This document shows, piece by piece, positions 14,510 through 27,159 of a stretch of 64,000 nucleotides of DNA. The position numbers were made by a program, and so were the translations under genes. Within the stretch, counting starts at the first letter, position 1; every line of letters begins with the position of its first letter. The stretch is from Octopus vulgaris. Taxonomy: Eukaryota. The stretch is from the NCBI GenBank assembly GCA_951406725.2, contig OX597814.1, positions 50,592,001 through 50,656,000 on the forward strand. Reading direction: 5' to 3'. The notes under the pieces are model-generated. The model saw nothing but the letters and a program-made list of their open reading frames with translations. It was not told the DNA's origin and ran no database searches.

Positions 14510-17171
14510 TTTTTTTAATGCTCAGAGATTCTCGCCAGGCTCCAGCCTGTCGATATCCAGAAAGAACCACCACACACAGCATAGATGGAGCAAGCAAATT
14601 AATGCTGTGGTCATTGAGTTTTACTACCTGAGCAGCCCGGTAGATGAAAATGGTGCTCAAATTAGAGGTTACCGACAACGTATGTATGATCATTGGAGAG
14701 AAAAGGTATTGTTTCAACTCACGGAACAGAGACTATGTGATCAAGCTAGAGCAATAAGGAAAAATTGTTGGTTCACAGAAGTTGAGCTCGAAGCTATGAA
14801 AAGACGGGTCATGGAAAATAGCAGCAGAGATAACAATGAAAATACAGCTCTTACTAATAAGAGTAATCCCATAGCACAGGAAAGGAGCAGTGGTAGTTTA
14901 TTTGATGAGAGACATAGATGATCTAAAAGAAAACAATAAAACTAATGGTGACATGACAGATGAACAAAAGGCAATCTACGACAGAATAAAGGTAAGACTA
15001 CAGGAGAACGATAGCGACATTATTTGCAACCTTAAAAAGGTTGATCGATGGAAATTTAACCAATAAACGAAAAATGTCAATGAAATTCTGAAATACATCA
15101 GAACAAACAACATGACAGAAACAAATATTTTGATCAAGGCAGCAAGTATAGTTGTAGCAGGAAACGTGGGTGTTGATGTCAAGAAAAAGAAACATAATGG
15201 AGTGACAAAAGAAAAGATCAGTAGTGGGAAGGAAGAATTCAGGCTGGGTTAGACATGCTCTCGAAGGAAATCTCTGTGGTAGACCGAAAAGAGAAAGGGG
15301 GGCTTAAAAGCGAACAAAATTACAGGGCGCTGAAAAGGAAGTATAATATTGAAAGAAAGGGCCTGAACGCAGTAGTGGAGGAACTGAAACAGCGCCTCGT
15401 TGCAAAGAAAGCAAAGATGGTAAGATACGGCCAAAGATTGAAGGGTCACCAGAATAGGCTATTCAGAGCAGATCAGAAGAGATTCTATAAAGAAATAAAT
15501 GGAGAGTGTACAGATGAAAAGTTGATACAAGATAACATTGAAAGTCAAAGGTTTTGGAGTGACATCTGGAGCAAAGACAAAGAGCACAAGAAAGATGCTG
15601 AATGGCTGCAAGAACTGAAACAAACAGTAGTCTGTCCAAAACGAGCAGAACTAGTAATTTCAGTTAAGGAAGTAAAGGAAATCAGCAAAGGCTCCGGGAC
15701 CAGATGGAGTTCAAGGCTACTGGATCAAAAGATTTGGTGAATGTCATGCACGAATAGCTGCGCAACTCAACACCTTGTTAAATGCTGACCAAGTAAAACC
15801 AGAGTGGTTGACAATAGGTAGGACAGTGTTGTGCTTGAAAAACATCGAAAAAGACAATACGGTAGACAGTTACAGGCCGATATCCTGTTTGCCACTAATG
15901 TGGAAGTTATTGACTGACTGGAATACTCGAAGAGTCAATGTACGAACATTTGGAAAAATTGGAGTCCTGCTACATGAGCAGAAGGGTTGCAAGCGTACGT
16001 ACAGAGGTACCAGGGATCAACTCCTGATAGATAAAACTGTAGTTAGAGACTACATATGGGTCACTCCACCCAAAAAGTGACACAGACAGACTGTATGTAC
16101 CAAGAAAAAGAGGGGGAAGAGGACTTATTGGATGCGAACACAGCATTCGAGCAGAACAAAACAACACAGCATGGTATGTAAAAAATGCCACAGAACCGCT
16201 ATTATTAGAAGTAGGAAGATCAGGCTTATGTAGAATAAAAGATCGCAAAGATAAAGCACTATGCAAAAAGTTGAAAACGAATGAAACTGAAAATAGTGGG
16301 GAGGGGAGAAAAGAATGCATGGTCAATTTCATAGAGATGTTGAAGATAAGACAGACAGAGAAAAAAGATGGCTGTGGATAACTAAAAGTGATTTAAAACC
16401 GGAAACAGAGGATCTAATCTTTGCTGCCCAAGAGCAAGCACTAAGAACAAACTTCATAAAATACAGAATAGACAACGCAGCAGAAAGTGATAAGTGCAGA
16501 ATCTGTAGAAAAACGGTGAAACCGTATGGCATATTACTAGCCAATGTACGCCACTAGCCCAGAAGGAATATAAGAGACGCCACGACATTATAGCCAAGCT
16601 TGTTCATTGGATACTCTGCAACAAGTATGGACTTGACAGAGCGAAATATTGGTATGACCACAAACCTGAAGGCATCGTCTGAAATAGAAATGCAAAGATC
16701 CTATGGGATTTTATGATTCAGTGCGACCATGAGATAGAGAATAGGAAGCTGGCATAGTCTTAATTGAGAAAGAAAACAAACTATGCTGGATTATAGATAT
16801 AGCATGCCCAGCTGACAACAAGCTATACGATAAGGAAGAAAGAAAAGTTGAGAGAATATGACAGGTTAGCTTGGGAAGTTAAGCAGTTGTGGTCGATGAA
16901 AAAGGTAGCAGTAGTATCAATAGTTATCGGAGCCCTGGAAACAGTGATCAAAAAATTTTCAGAAGCACTCAACTATCAACATGGCTGAAAAAGATTGGTG
17001 CAAGTGAGAAGGCAGAACACCTACAAAAATCAGCATTGCTTGGAACTGCAAGAATTCTTCGCAGGGTTCTTGAAGCATGACCAGTAAAACAAGTGTCACC
17101 TTAGTCTGCTGGATGTGGACAGCTGACACTTTCCATCATACTCAGCAATATAAACTGTGAGTTTTAATAGA
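14510..17171 (+). mobile_element. Second, older R4/Dong-clade element: near full-length 5' end, frameshifted, RT core deleted
   Basis: N-terminal RGYRQRMY..W..LTEQRLCDQAR; SYRPISCL, EQKG, DQLLID. It then jumps to HPKSDTDRLYVPR, followed by AAQEQAL, CRIC, LWDF and ALLGTARILRRVLEA*. Ends in (TAA)n. Confidence 0.9.
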
Positions 17172-17183
17172 AATAATAATACA

Positions 17184-17268
<85 letters not shown>

Positions 17269-17270
17269 AT
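17172..17270. repeat. (TAA)n/(TAG)n microsatellite
   Basis: Read directly from the sequence. Confidence 0.95.
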
Positions 17271-17538
17271 AAGGGTGTTTCGTTCAACATCCTTAAACAA
17301 CCCTTATTCAGGGACCTTTTGAGCGGGATGGGCTACTCAACCTGAAGAAAATTCTTACTGGGCCCCACCTGCAAAGTCACGTGCTGTTTATCTTGGTATG
17401 AGATCACCATGTCGCGCACATATGCTTGTGATGCATGTGCCTAGTGTACCCTTATCAGATGAGTAGTCGTGATGGATATACTAGGCTTCGTATATTTTAC
17501 CCAGCGTCACTTTGATGGCATGCACTGCTCTCTCACTC
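17271..17538 (+). mobile_element. (TAA)n-tailed repeat family, copy 2
   Basis: 17319-17538 matches 11125-11342. Followed by (CAA)n(TAA)n to 17634. Confidence 0.7.
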
Positions 17539-17550
17539 AACAACAACAAC

Positions 17551-17634
<84 letters not shown>

Positions 17635-18272
17635 TAAAACAACAACATCAGCAATAATAATGGTATAAATGGCCTTTCAAAGGACTGTGAATTCAGTATC
17701 ATTTTCATTGTGATTGTCTTGAAGACGAACCACCTCTCCATGTCTTCGACAACAATTCGTCCTTATATATAGGGCAATTTCTCTCTCTTTTTGATCATCT
17801 CAACATCTCCATCAGTTTAGAAAACTATTTTTCCAGTCACCTTTATACCCACCTCATCACAAAACAATGCTTGTCACTGGTAGTTAAGGTAAAGAGACAG
17901 GGTGCACGCGAACGCAGCCATTATTGCTAATAAGACCATTATTTTTTGATTTCATTATGTCAATATTTTTCTCCCATGTGTGTCTCGTGAAAAAGAAAGT
18001 TTCATTTCATTTATTTTGATTTTCTTGTTTTTCACTTTATTTCGGGGACGTATGTATTGTTGTTGTTACTGACTCTTTTATTTACAAGTGTCCAAAGGGA
18101 AAACAAAATATTAAAAATCCACCTTCTTTTATTTTGGTGAAAACTTAACTCTAAATTCACTCCTGTTTTGTATAATCCTAATGAAGAAAATGTTCTCTTT
18201 CCTAGCGGTAAAATATCGAATTCTCGTAGCTATGAAGAGCCATCATGAAAGGCGTCTTGACAGGTGAACAGG

Positions 18273-18306
<34 letters not shown>

Positions 18307-18324
18307 CAGCAGCAGCAGCAGGGT

Positions 18325-19500
18325 GACTCTCTTTATTGGCTACAAGGGTTCAAAAGTTAAATATAATATGAATGTTAAAGACAAAAGGATTTAAAATACA
18401 TGTGGAGTTGGATAAAGTTATAGAAGAGGAAGGAGAGGGAGGATGTTGTACAATGGACGGATTAACAATTTAACATATGAAATTTGTAGAAAACATACAA
18501 CAATTAAAATATGATGCATAATATAAATTTGAAAAGCCACTTAGGGTTATCCGCCCATTTAGGTTACCCGCCCATTAAAGGATGTGAACCCACATCCTCC
18601 GCTATTTCCAGTTTTGTGACTGATAGTGTTCTGGAAACTGGAATCTGCGGATATTCTTGTTGTCTCAGCTGCTTTCTGCTACTTTCCTCTCTCTACCGTT
18701 TATCTATTCCCCCTAGTTCTTCAGTCAAAACATCATGACGTTGCTTTTATTACCAAATACATAACAATAAGACATTTTGTCCTACGCCATCAGTCTTACA
18801 CCCTTTGTCTCGGTATCTTCACCTGGGTACAACTTCGGAACACCTTCCAGCCTTCAGAGGTCATTAGGATTTACACCCTTGCAACCAACTGTTACCTGCA
18901 AATTTCTACCGATATTTTTTGGAGCATTTCTTTCACTTGGTGTTTTGAGGTAGAAACTTACGCCATTGTTTTTAAAGCACGGATATTTTTGCCTTTCTTT
19001 CTTTTCTTTATTCTCACTTGGATTAGCTCATGGATGAAAAACACACTAACTGCTTTTACGAATTTTTGTACGTCGTTTCTTTTTGCCTGGAATTTTGTCA
19101 AATTTATAAATTTCGCAGGTGACAACAGAGGCGAAACTGGGCCTTTAACACAGCTGCTATATCCAGTGTCTAAGATATTTGCATGAATGCAATTGTTGTT
19201 ATTGTTGCTGCTACTGCTGCTTAAATTTCTCTTGTTCAAAATATTTGATAAACTGTTCATGATAATTCTTTTTACTGTTAAGTGTCCGTTGAAATATTTA
19301 TGTTAACTTTTTGTTCTTAGTTCTCTTCCTGTGATCCAATTTGTTTATGTGGTGATTTTTTATGTTTTGGAAGCTGTTGTATGATATTCATGTTTTATGA
19401 AGGGCGTATTTAGTAGGTACTTTGATGTTAATAGATATTTCGAGGTTAAATATGGTTAAAAGGTGAAAACCAAATAAAGCATAAAGTATGTAAGGGCAAA
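18325..19500 (-). mobile_element. Probable decayed LINE remnant
   Basis: A-rich minus strand ending in AATAAA next to a microsatellite. No clear protein motif, so support is weak. Confidence 0.3.
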
Positions 19501-19718
19501 CTTTTTTCTTGTCAACATCAGACAGCAAAGCGAAGGTCCACAAGTACCTAAGGTCCTTATTGGAAAGTACTCCAAAGAAAGAAATTTTCGTTTGTTAATT
19601 CTTGAGAAGTAGAATGTAGTCACGATTTAACAAAAAAAGAACAGTTTTAAATGTATCGATAAGTATGTGTGTGTATAAAAGTGCATACATATACATACAT
19701 ACATACATACCTACATAC

Positions 19719-19779
<61 letters not shown>

Positions 19780-19783
<4 letters not shown>

Positions 19784-19885
19784 CAGCAAAACAATTAAGA
19801 TTCAAATGAATTCAAATGAATTCAAATGAATATGGTACTTAACTTAGATGCACCAGAATTCTTTATGGTATTAAATATAAAAATA
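19780..19885 (-). mobile_element. Penelope-like terminal fragment next to (TA)n
   Basis: Reverse complement of the 50680-50758 terminus (ttctggtgc..ttaagtaccatattcat.tgaat..ttttgctgaa). Confidence 0.55.
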
Positions 19886-20331
19886 TTTCTCTTAAAGATA
19901 CATTTAATTTCCACTATATTTTTGAATAAGTAAAATTCCCCTACTAACTGCTATTGGTTTTATTTGACCTCTAGATGTTGACCTAAATTCTTTCTTACAA
20001 TATATAAACAAAAGTTAAAATAGAAACAATAATAAATAAATAACCCTCTTTTCTAAACTTATCCTTAACTTTCTTACTGTATCTTCCTCTACTGATAACC
20101 TTTGACCCCTTTAATGCTTTCCTTTGATCTCTGTGTTCTTTACCCCACCATTAACTCTGTGAGGCTCCAAGTTCAGAGCCGGTGGTCAAACTTACCGTTC
20201 TTTTATAAATTCAAGATTTAAGTATACCTGTGGTGTGCATGTGGAAAGAATTCTGGCATGACATGCCACATGTATGGAGAACATAAAGTAGAGCTATAAG
20301 ATGAAATGAATTATATATATTCTTTTCTACT

Positions 20332-20652
20332 CTGGTACTTAATTTATCGACCCCGAAATGATGGAAGGCAAAGTGGACCTCGGCGGAATTTGAACTCAGA
20401 ACGTAACGGCTGACGAAATACCAATTTCTTCACTACCTACAAGGGGCTAAACAGAGAGAGGACAAACAAGGACAGACAAACGAATTAAGTCGATTATATC
20501 GACCCCAGTGCGTAACTGGTACTTAATTTATTGACCCCGAAATGATGAAAGGTAAAGTTGACCTCGGCGGAATTTGAACTCAGAACGTATCGGCAGACGA
20601 AATACGGCTACGTATTTCGCCCGGCGTGCTAACGATTCTGCCAGTTCTCTGC
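20332..20652 (-). mobile_element. Two SINE family A copies (one partial)
   Basis: atcgaccccgaaa.gatg.aaggcaaagt.gacctcggcggaatttgaactcagaacgt occurs twice. Confidence 0.8.
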
Positions 20653-21019
20653 CCTCACTGCCAATACATATTAAAATATATCTATACACACACACACACA
20701 CACACGCTACGATGCAGTTTGTTTTTCTCACTAAGCACAATGTCATCGTAAATACTGTTAAATATTGTTACATACAAAATGCGGGTGAAGCGAAGCAAGC
20801 TGATATGTAAATATATAAATACCAGTATCATATAATTAATTTACATACATGTATTATGTCATTGCAAATGTATCGCAAAGTGAAAAATGTCAAGCCACTT
20901 ATATGTATTTACGTATATATTTATATGTGCATATGGGTAAATATGTGCATATATGTATGTGAATAATAAAGAAATAATATATGTATGTGAATGTATGTCT
21001 ATATATATATAGTTTTATT

Positions 21020-21357
21020 GAAGTAGATAAATGAATTATCTTATTACGGATTATTCAAATGATAACCGATACCTGGGTAGCAAAAATCACAACAGAAAAA
21101 GCACGGTTGAGGTTACGACCATGGGGTCTAAAATCCGTGCCTTAGTGCGGAAATTTGAAGTTTTATATATTTAGTGTAGGAAGAAATGGAGCTGAACGAA
21201 GACTTAACAAAATTCCTTTTTATTAATTTCTACATATGTTTCAAAGGCTGCAAAGTCCCTAATTCGGATTGAATAAGGAGTCTATTTTGCAGCCTTCTCT
21301 GAAGAGAAGGCTGCAAAATGGACTCCTTATTCAATCCGAATTAGGGACTTCTTCCTA

Positions 21358-21362
<5 letters not shown>
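21020..21362 (-). mobile_element. Penelope-like terminal repeat with fold-back and split hammerhead motif
   Basis: Homologous to 50781-51060, flanked by (TA)n. Has 48-bp inverted arms at 21253-21300 and 21303-21350. Confidence 0.65.
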
Positions 21363-21414
<52 letters not shown>

Positions 21415-21521
21415 CCTGCTCGCTTAGCCAGCGGGTGGCGTCATTCGAAGGCTAAAACAATGCGAACGCATTGTGACCAGCGATGTGTAGCAACATCTGA
21501 TGGTCTGGTCGGTCACGTGAT

Positions 21522-21525
<4 letters not shown>
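21415..21525 (+). mobile_element. SINE family B1, 3' part
   Basis: Reverse complement of 4460-4570. Confidence 0.75.
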
Positions 21526-21579
<54 letters not shown>

Positions 21580-21706
21580 GTATATATACATATAGATGTA
21601 GGTACGTACATATATTGTATGTATGTATGCATATATTTTATTTATTAAATTATTATATGACTGAGCGCCCTCGCGTCGTTTCGTTTCTTTCCACCAAGTA
21701 AGTTTA

Positions 21707-21763
<57 letters not shown>

Positions 21764-22024
21764 GACATGAACTTGCATGGCTTAAGCTTTGAGACAAGCA
21801 TATGACAACTGACAGGATCAACCAAGTATCATCACGATTCGATCGTTCGACGATGCGGGGCAGCGAGCTTATATACATATGTATATATATATATGAGATC
21901 TTTGTGACAGAATACAATAAAGTGCTTCCCTTTGTCAGGCATTCAGATGCACTTAGAACATTTAATGAGTCCCAACCATATATGTACATATATACAAATA
22001 TATATATGTATATATGTATGTACT

Positions 22025-22055
<31 letters not shown>

Positions 22056-22474
22056 ACATAAATACATGTGGTGCGTATGTATGTATGTATGAATGTATGT
22101 ATGTATGTATGTATGTATTTATGTATGTATGTATGTCTGCGTGTGTATGTATGTGTGTATAGGTATCCATGTATGTATGAATGTATGTATACAATCCTTT
22201 ATATGAAATTACGAAATTCAAAACTCTCAAAATCAGAATGTTTTTCTAGTGACAGAAGCACCAAGCACTAGAATGCGTTTCAGAAGGTGTCCCGGTGATT
22301 TTCAGATTCTTGAACAGCATGTTGGCACCAGCGAAAAGAGACGTGGGTGTGGAATGCTTCCAAAAGGAGTTTCATACTGAGGTAGTTGCGAATCTATGGA
22401 ATCAAGTAATTAAATGTACTCTTGCGCTTAGCTGGTAAAAAAAATCTGGCCAAGTATGTTCAGTGATAATAATA

Positions 22475-23100
22475 AACCTTTCTGCTATAGGCAGAATGTT
22501 TGAAATTTTGGTGAAGGAAGACAGTCGATTATATCGATTCCAGTGATCAACTGGCACTTATTTCATCCACCCGGAAAGGATGAAAGACAAAGTAACCCTT
22601 GGTGTGGAATTTGACCTCAGAACGTAAAGGCGGGCGAAATGCCTCTAAGCATTTTGTCTGTCATGCAAACGATACTGCCAGCTCACTATCTCAATAATAA
22701 TAATCCTTTCTATTAAAACACAAGGCCTGAAATTTGTGGTGAGGGTCCAAGTCGAATAAATTGACCGCAGTGCTCAACTTTTGTCGACCCCAAAAAGATG
22801 AAAGGTGGTTTTGGTAGTGGTTTCTAATTTTGGCACAAGGCCAGCAAGTTCGGGAGAGGTAGGTAAGTCGATGACGTTGACACCAGTGCTCAACTGATAC
22901 TTATCTTATTGACATCGAATAGATGAAAGGCAAAGTTGACCTCGGCGGAATTTGGACACAGACCATAAAGACGGACGAAATACCGCTAAGCAGTTTGTCC
23001 GGCATATTATCGATGCTGCCATCTGGCTGCCTTATGTTCAGTGATAATAATATTTTCTACCCTAGGCACAAGGGCCGGAATTTTGGGGGAGGGGCCAGTG
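22475..23100 (-). mobile_element. Tandem cluster of 3-4 SINE family A copies or fragments
   Basis: Repeated gatgaaag.caaagt.gacct..g.ggaatttg and cacaaggcc..aaatttt.gggg motifs. Confidence 0.75.
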
Positions 23101-24644
23101 ATAATAATGCGAAAAGAATGAATTCGAAGAAGGGTTGTGTGTCAAATGGGAAAAATGATGTCAGTCATTTTTATATAAGCAAAAACTATTCGGTTAAATT
23201 TCGTTTTTGGATTTAGTTTGCAAGACTCTTTATATGAGTTCGTTTGTTGAAGCATATTCTGTTGTATCTGGGAAGAGTCATTTTCTTTTTGTGCCTAATA
23301 ATGTAACACACTCACCGGTAAAATTTCCACTTATTTCCTATTTTTATATTCCTAAAATTTTCGTTGCGTCTTGCAACCTTTTCAATAGTCTTGACTCTAT
23401 TCGGTTAAAATCCCTCTATATGCTGAGTGAAGTGAATATCAAAGGCTTTTATCATCAACAATGACACTTCACAGTCGATTCCACAGGTATTGATGAAATT
23501 ATGGAAATCGTGACGATGACAATAATTATGAAGATGACGCAGTTTACATACTAGTAACGATGTCCATAGCTAACACAGTTAAAGGGTAAGATTAACTTAC
23601 TGAAGGTGTAGAGCAGCCTGCGTTCGTTAGAGGACAAGAAACAGCGGCGATGTATAAACTTAATGAGGGATTTCTATAACAAAAACCGTTGTTGATATGA
23701 TAGATATCATTCGTATTCATTTCGAAAATATAAAATAATTCCCGTGTCATGTATTTCGGATAAAGATTTATCAGCCTACATGTGTGTGTGTACGCCTCTG
23801 TGTGTGGGGTGGTGTATGTGCAAGTATCTGGATGGGAGACAGTGTGGGCGCTAAGAACTGAGGGGGGAAATATAATTAGAAACAAATAGGTGGAAATCAT
23901 AAGCAGTTTTATTGTAGGTTTCCTGTTTAATCACTGCTATTAAATTACTATAAAAATTGCGACTACTTTACTTCTATATGCTTGGATATGTCTGTATGTG
24001 TGGGGGCGCTGGGTGTTTATGCGCATGTAAGTATTTATATCTTTATTGTAGAACAAGTATGTGAATATCCTGTTTTTATTTGGCAGACGTTCCTAATAAT
24101 TCCCTTTGCATCACAGGTTTTTATTTTCTTCTTCCTTTCCTACTCTCGACTCTTGACTATTTTGTTACTGTTCTTATTTATACCTTATTTGTTATGTTTA
24201 TTTCTTTGTGAACTACGTTGTTTGTTTGTTTTGTTTTAGTTTTAGTTTAGTATAGTTTTGTTTTGTTTTTTTGTTTTTTTGTTTTCTTGTCTCATTCAAC
24301 TCAGCATCACCAATGATAACCAGTTTGCTCTAGGCATTGAACGTGTCTTATCAATACATGTCTTTGCCTTCAGAAAGACTACTGCAAGCTGCGTTTCCAT
24401 GTTGAAATATTGTTCACAATATTGATTTTGTTGTAATTTCAAGGGTATACAAGAAGTGATAAAAATGTCGCTTGCAATCGATCTGTAATCTAACTATTGC
24501 TATCATAGCAAATAAGGTAGCGAATTATTGTTCTAAGTACGTTCCATATGTGTTAAATATTTTGTGTTAGAAAGTGAAACGCCATAAAAGTAATAAAGTA
24601 AATTATGATTAGCATGATGAAGAGGAGGAGCAAGTGCAGGAGAT

Positions 24645-24694
<50 letters not shown>

Positions 24695-24699
24695 TAATA

Positions 24700-25310
24700 A
24701 CGGTTTCAAATTTTGCCACAAAAGGATGAAAGGTAAAGTCGACCTCGGTGGAATTTGAACTGAGAAACTAGCGACGGGCGAAATGCCGCTAAGCATTTCG
24801 TCCAGCGCGCTAATGATTCTGCCAGCTCACCGCCTTAAATAATAACAATAATAAAAAAATATAATCCTTTCTACTATAGACACAAGACCTGAAATTGTGG
24901 AAGATGGGGGCAGTTCGATTACATCGACCCCAGTGCGTGACTGGTTGTTATTTCATTGACCCCGAAAAGATGGAAGGCAAAGTCGACCTCGGGGACATTT
25001 GAACTCAGAACTCGGCGTCAGAAGAAATCCTGTTAGGCATTTTATCCGCGCGGTTATGATTCTACTAGCTCCTAAAAATGATAATTCATTCTAATTTTTG
25101 CCCCAAGGCCATCAATTTCGAGGCGGAAGTATTAGTTGATACCATATACTTCAGTACGTGTTTATGGCACTGGAATTTATGTACCATAGACTGGTATATA
25201 GACTGGTATTTTATTTTATCGACTCCGAGGGCTGAAAGACAAAGTTGGCTTCGGTGAGATTTGAACTCACAATCTAAAGAGCTAGAACAAATACCATAAA
25301 GTATTTTTTG
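24700..25310 (-). mobile_element. Tandem cluster of three SINE family A copies
   Basis: Core motif repeated at ~24725, ~24965 and ~25225. Confidence 0.75.
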
Positions 25311-26049
25311 TGAAACTAAGCGCCACCCGACCAATGGAACACATCCTTTCCACAAGAATCGAAAGAACAGACTCTCCTATCTGATCAGATAATAACTGGG
25401 ACAAGACACGACGTTCACGTGGTAATAAACAAGGAAACAGAGCAAACAGATGGTAAAAATAATGTATTTGCCATCACTCCTCGGTCTTTCAAGGATAGGT
25501 TCCTCTCAGCGGCTTCTAGAATTGTGGCGGTTCTTCTTGTTGCTGTCGGATATAATTTTGTGGTAGTCGTAGCTTTACTTTTATTGCTACTGTTGATTTT
25601 GTGGTTGTTGCTGTTTCTGCTGCTGTTGTTTTATCTGATATTCTTTTTAGTACTGTTGTTATTGTTGTGCTGCTGTTGTATGTGTAGCATTAAGCGGAAC
25701 ATTCGCTTTTGTCTTTTACTGCAGGCAGAAGGCTTTGATATGAATTGTGGAACCACATGTCTAGTAAATAAGCCTTCTCCCTTCGACCGCCATAAGCAGT
25801 TGCATGCTGTTTGGCAGCTTGATCTTGTCGAGAAATGTTGCACGCCTTTCCTAGTCGGTTTGGATCAAGAGCACCATATCTATTTTCAACTAGTTTTCTA
25901 GTCGCAGTTCCTCGACCTTCAGGATAGTCGTTAAATTTTTAAGAATGAATCAAATTCTTGTAAGAACAAACGTGTAATAAAATAGTCACAAATTTACTGA
26001 GACAAAGAAGAAGAAGAAGAAGAAGAAGAAGAAGAAGAAGAAACAAGAT

Positions 26050-26785
26050 TAAATGACATAGAATATCATTAGAGAAATATATACTGCGATATTGGGGCTT
26101 AGAAATTGTGTTGTACTAGTAAAAGAAAGAATAATATCAGCTGCTAGAGATGTCCAAAGGTTTATTGAAACAGTAGAATTCCCGAACAGAATAACGACCC
26201 GCAGGGCAAACATATGGTAAAAATGGAATGACATGGCCAACTCATGCAACAAACCGAGGATGTTGGAAGTAAAGAACGGGCGGAACTTGAAACGAGAGAC
26301 CGAAACACTAGTTATAGCCGCTCAGGAACAAGCCATTAAGGGCGAATCTGATAAAGACAAAGATCGACAGATCTCAGTTGGAGAGCAAAGTGAATGCAGT
26401 AAGCTAGCACAAAAAGACTGTGTGGGTAATAGAGTGAATTAGGATATTGTTAGTAGATTATGTGACTTCGAAATGACAGAAAAGTGATATAGGCATGAAC
26501 CAGAGGCTGTGATAGAGAATAAGAATTACAGGATTTTCCGGAACTTCCCCTTAAAGGCTGACCATACTATTGAAACAAGAAGACCAAATATTACTATAGA
26601 AGACAAAAAAAAAACATTGTAAGATCATCGACCTTGCAATACCATATAACAGAGTGAATACCAAAGAAATTGAAAAAATTGGAGAAATGACAGGCGTAGC
26701 TAAAGAGATGGAGAGATTGTGGAAGACAAAAACAACAATATTTCTGTGGTAATCAGTGCACTTGGCACAACACTCAAACTACTAC
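26050..26785 (+). mobile_element. Third, highly decayed R4/Dong-like fragment (CCHC/RLE region)
   Basis: LKRETETLVIAAQEQAI, ECSKLAQKD, HEPEAVIENKNYRIF..ADHTIETRRPNI..KIIDLAIPY, ISALGT. Confidence 0.75.
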
Positions 26786-26832
26786 TTACTCTCTCTTCTC
26801 CTAGGCCAATAAAAGAAAGGTATGCTATTGAA

Positions 26833-27090
26833 CGGAGGCGCGTGGCTTAGTGTCTAGGATGTCAGCATCATGATCGTAATATTGCGGTTTCGATTCCTGG
26901 ACCGGGCGACGAGTTGTGCTATTGAGTAAAACACTTCATTTCACGTTGCTCCAGTCCATTCTGCTGAAAAAAAATGAGTAATGCTGTGATGGACTGGCGT
27001 CCCGTTCAGCTGGGGAACACATACACCATAGAAACCGGGAAACCGGGCCCATGAGCCTGGCTAAGCTTTAAAAGGGCGGATTTATTTTTT
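26833..27090 (+). mobile_element. tRNA-derived SINE, family B2
   Basis: GGAGGCGCGTGGCTTAGTG..GGTTTCGATTCC head and gatggactggcgtcccgt..gaaaccggg body. The reverse copy is at 34898-35146. Confidence 0.85.
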
Positions 27091-27106
27091 ATTATGCTAT
27101 TGAACG

Positions 27107-27159
<53 letters not shown>

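Noticed and set aside
11125-17538. Direct repeats flanking RT ORFs that look like LTRs
   Set aside because: No TG..CA ends, PBS, integrase or TSD. The internal ORFs are RLE-type non-LTR, and each repeat has its own (TAA)n tail.
18626-19186. 186-aa hydrophobic ORF
   Set aside because: No motifs and a non-ATG start. It is likely the T-rich antisense of a decayed LINE.
22475-25310. Regularly recurring motif resembling a CRISPR array
   Set aside because: These are diverged tandem SINE copies in eukaryotic DNA, with no constant repeat-spacer period and no cas genes.
26833-26905. tRNA gene-like sequences (also at 4690-4763, 7720-7791 and 35075-35146)
   Set aside because: They are SINE heads with A/B boxes attached to SINE bodies, without a complete cloverleaf.
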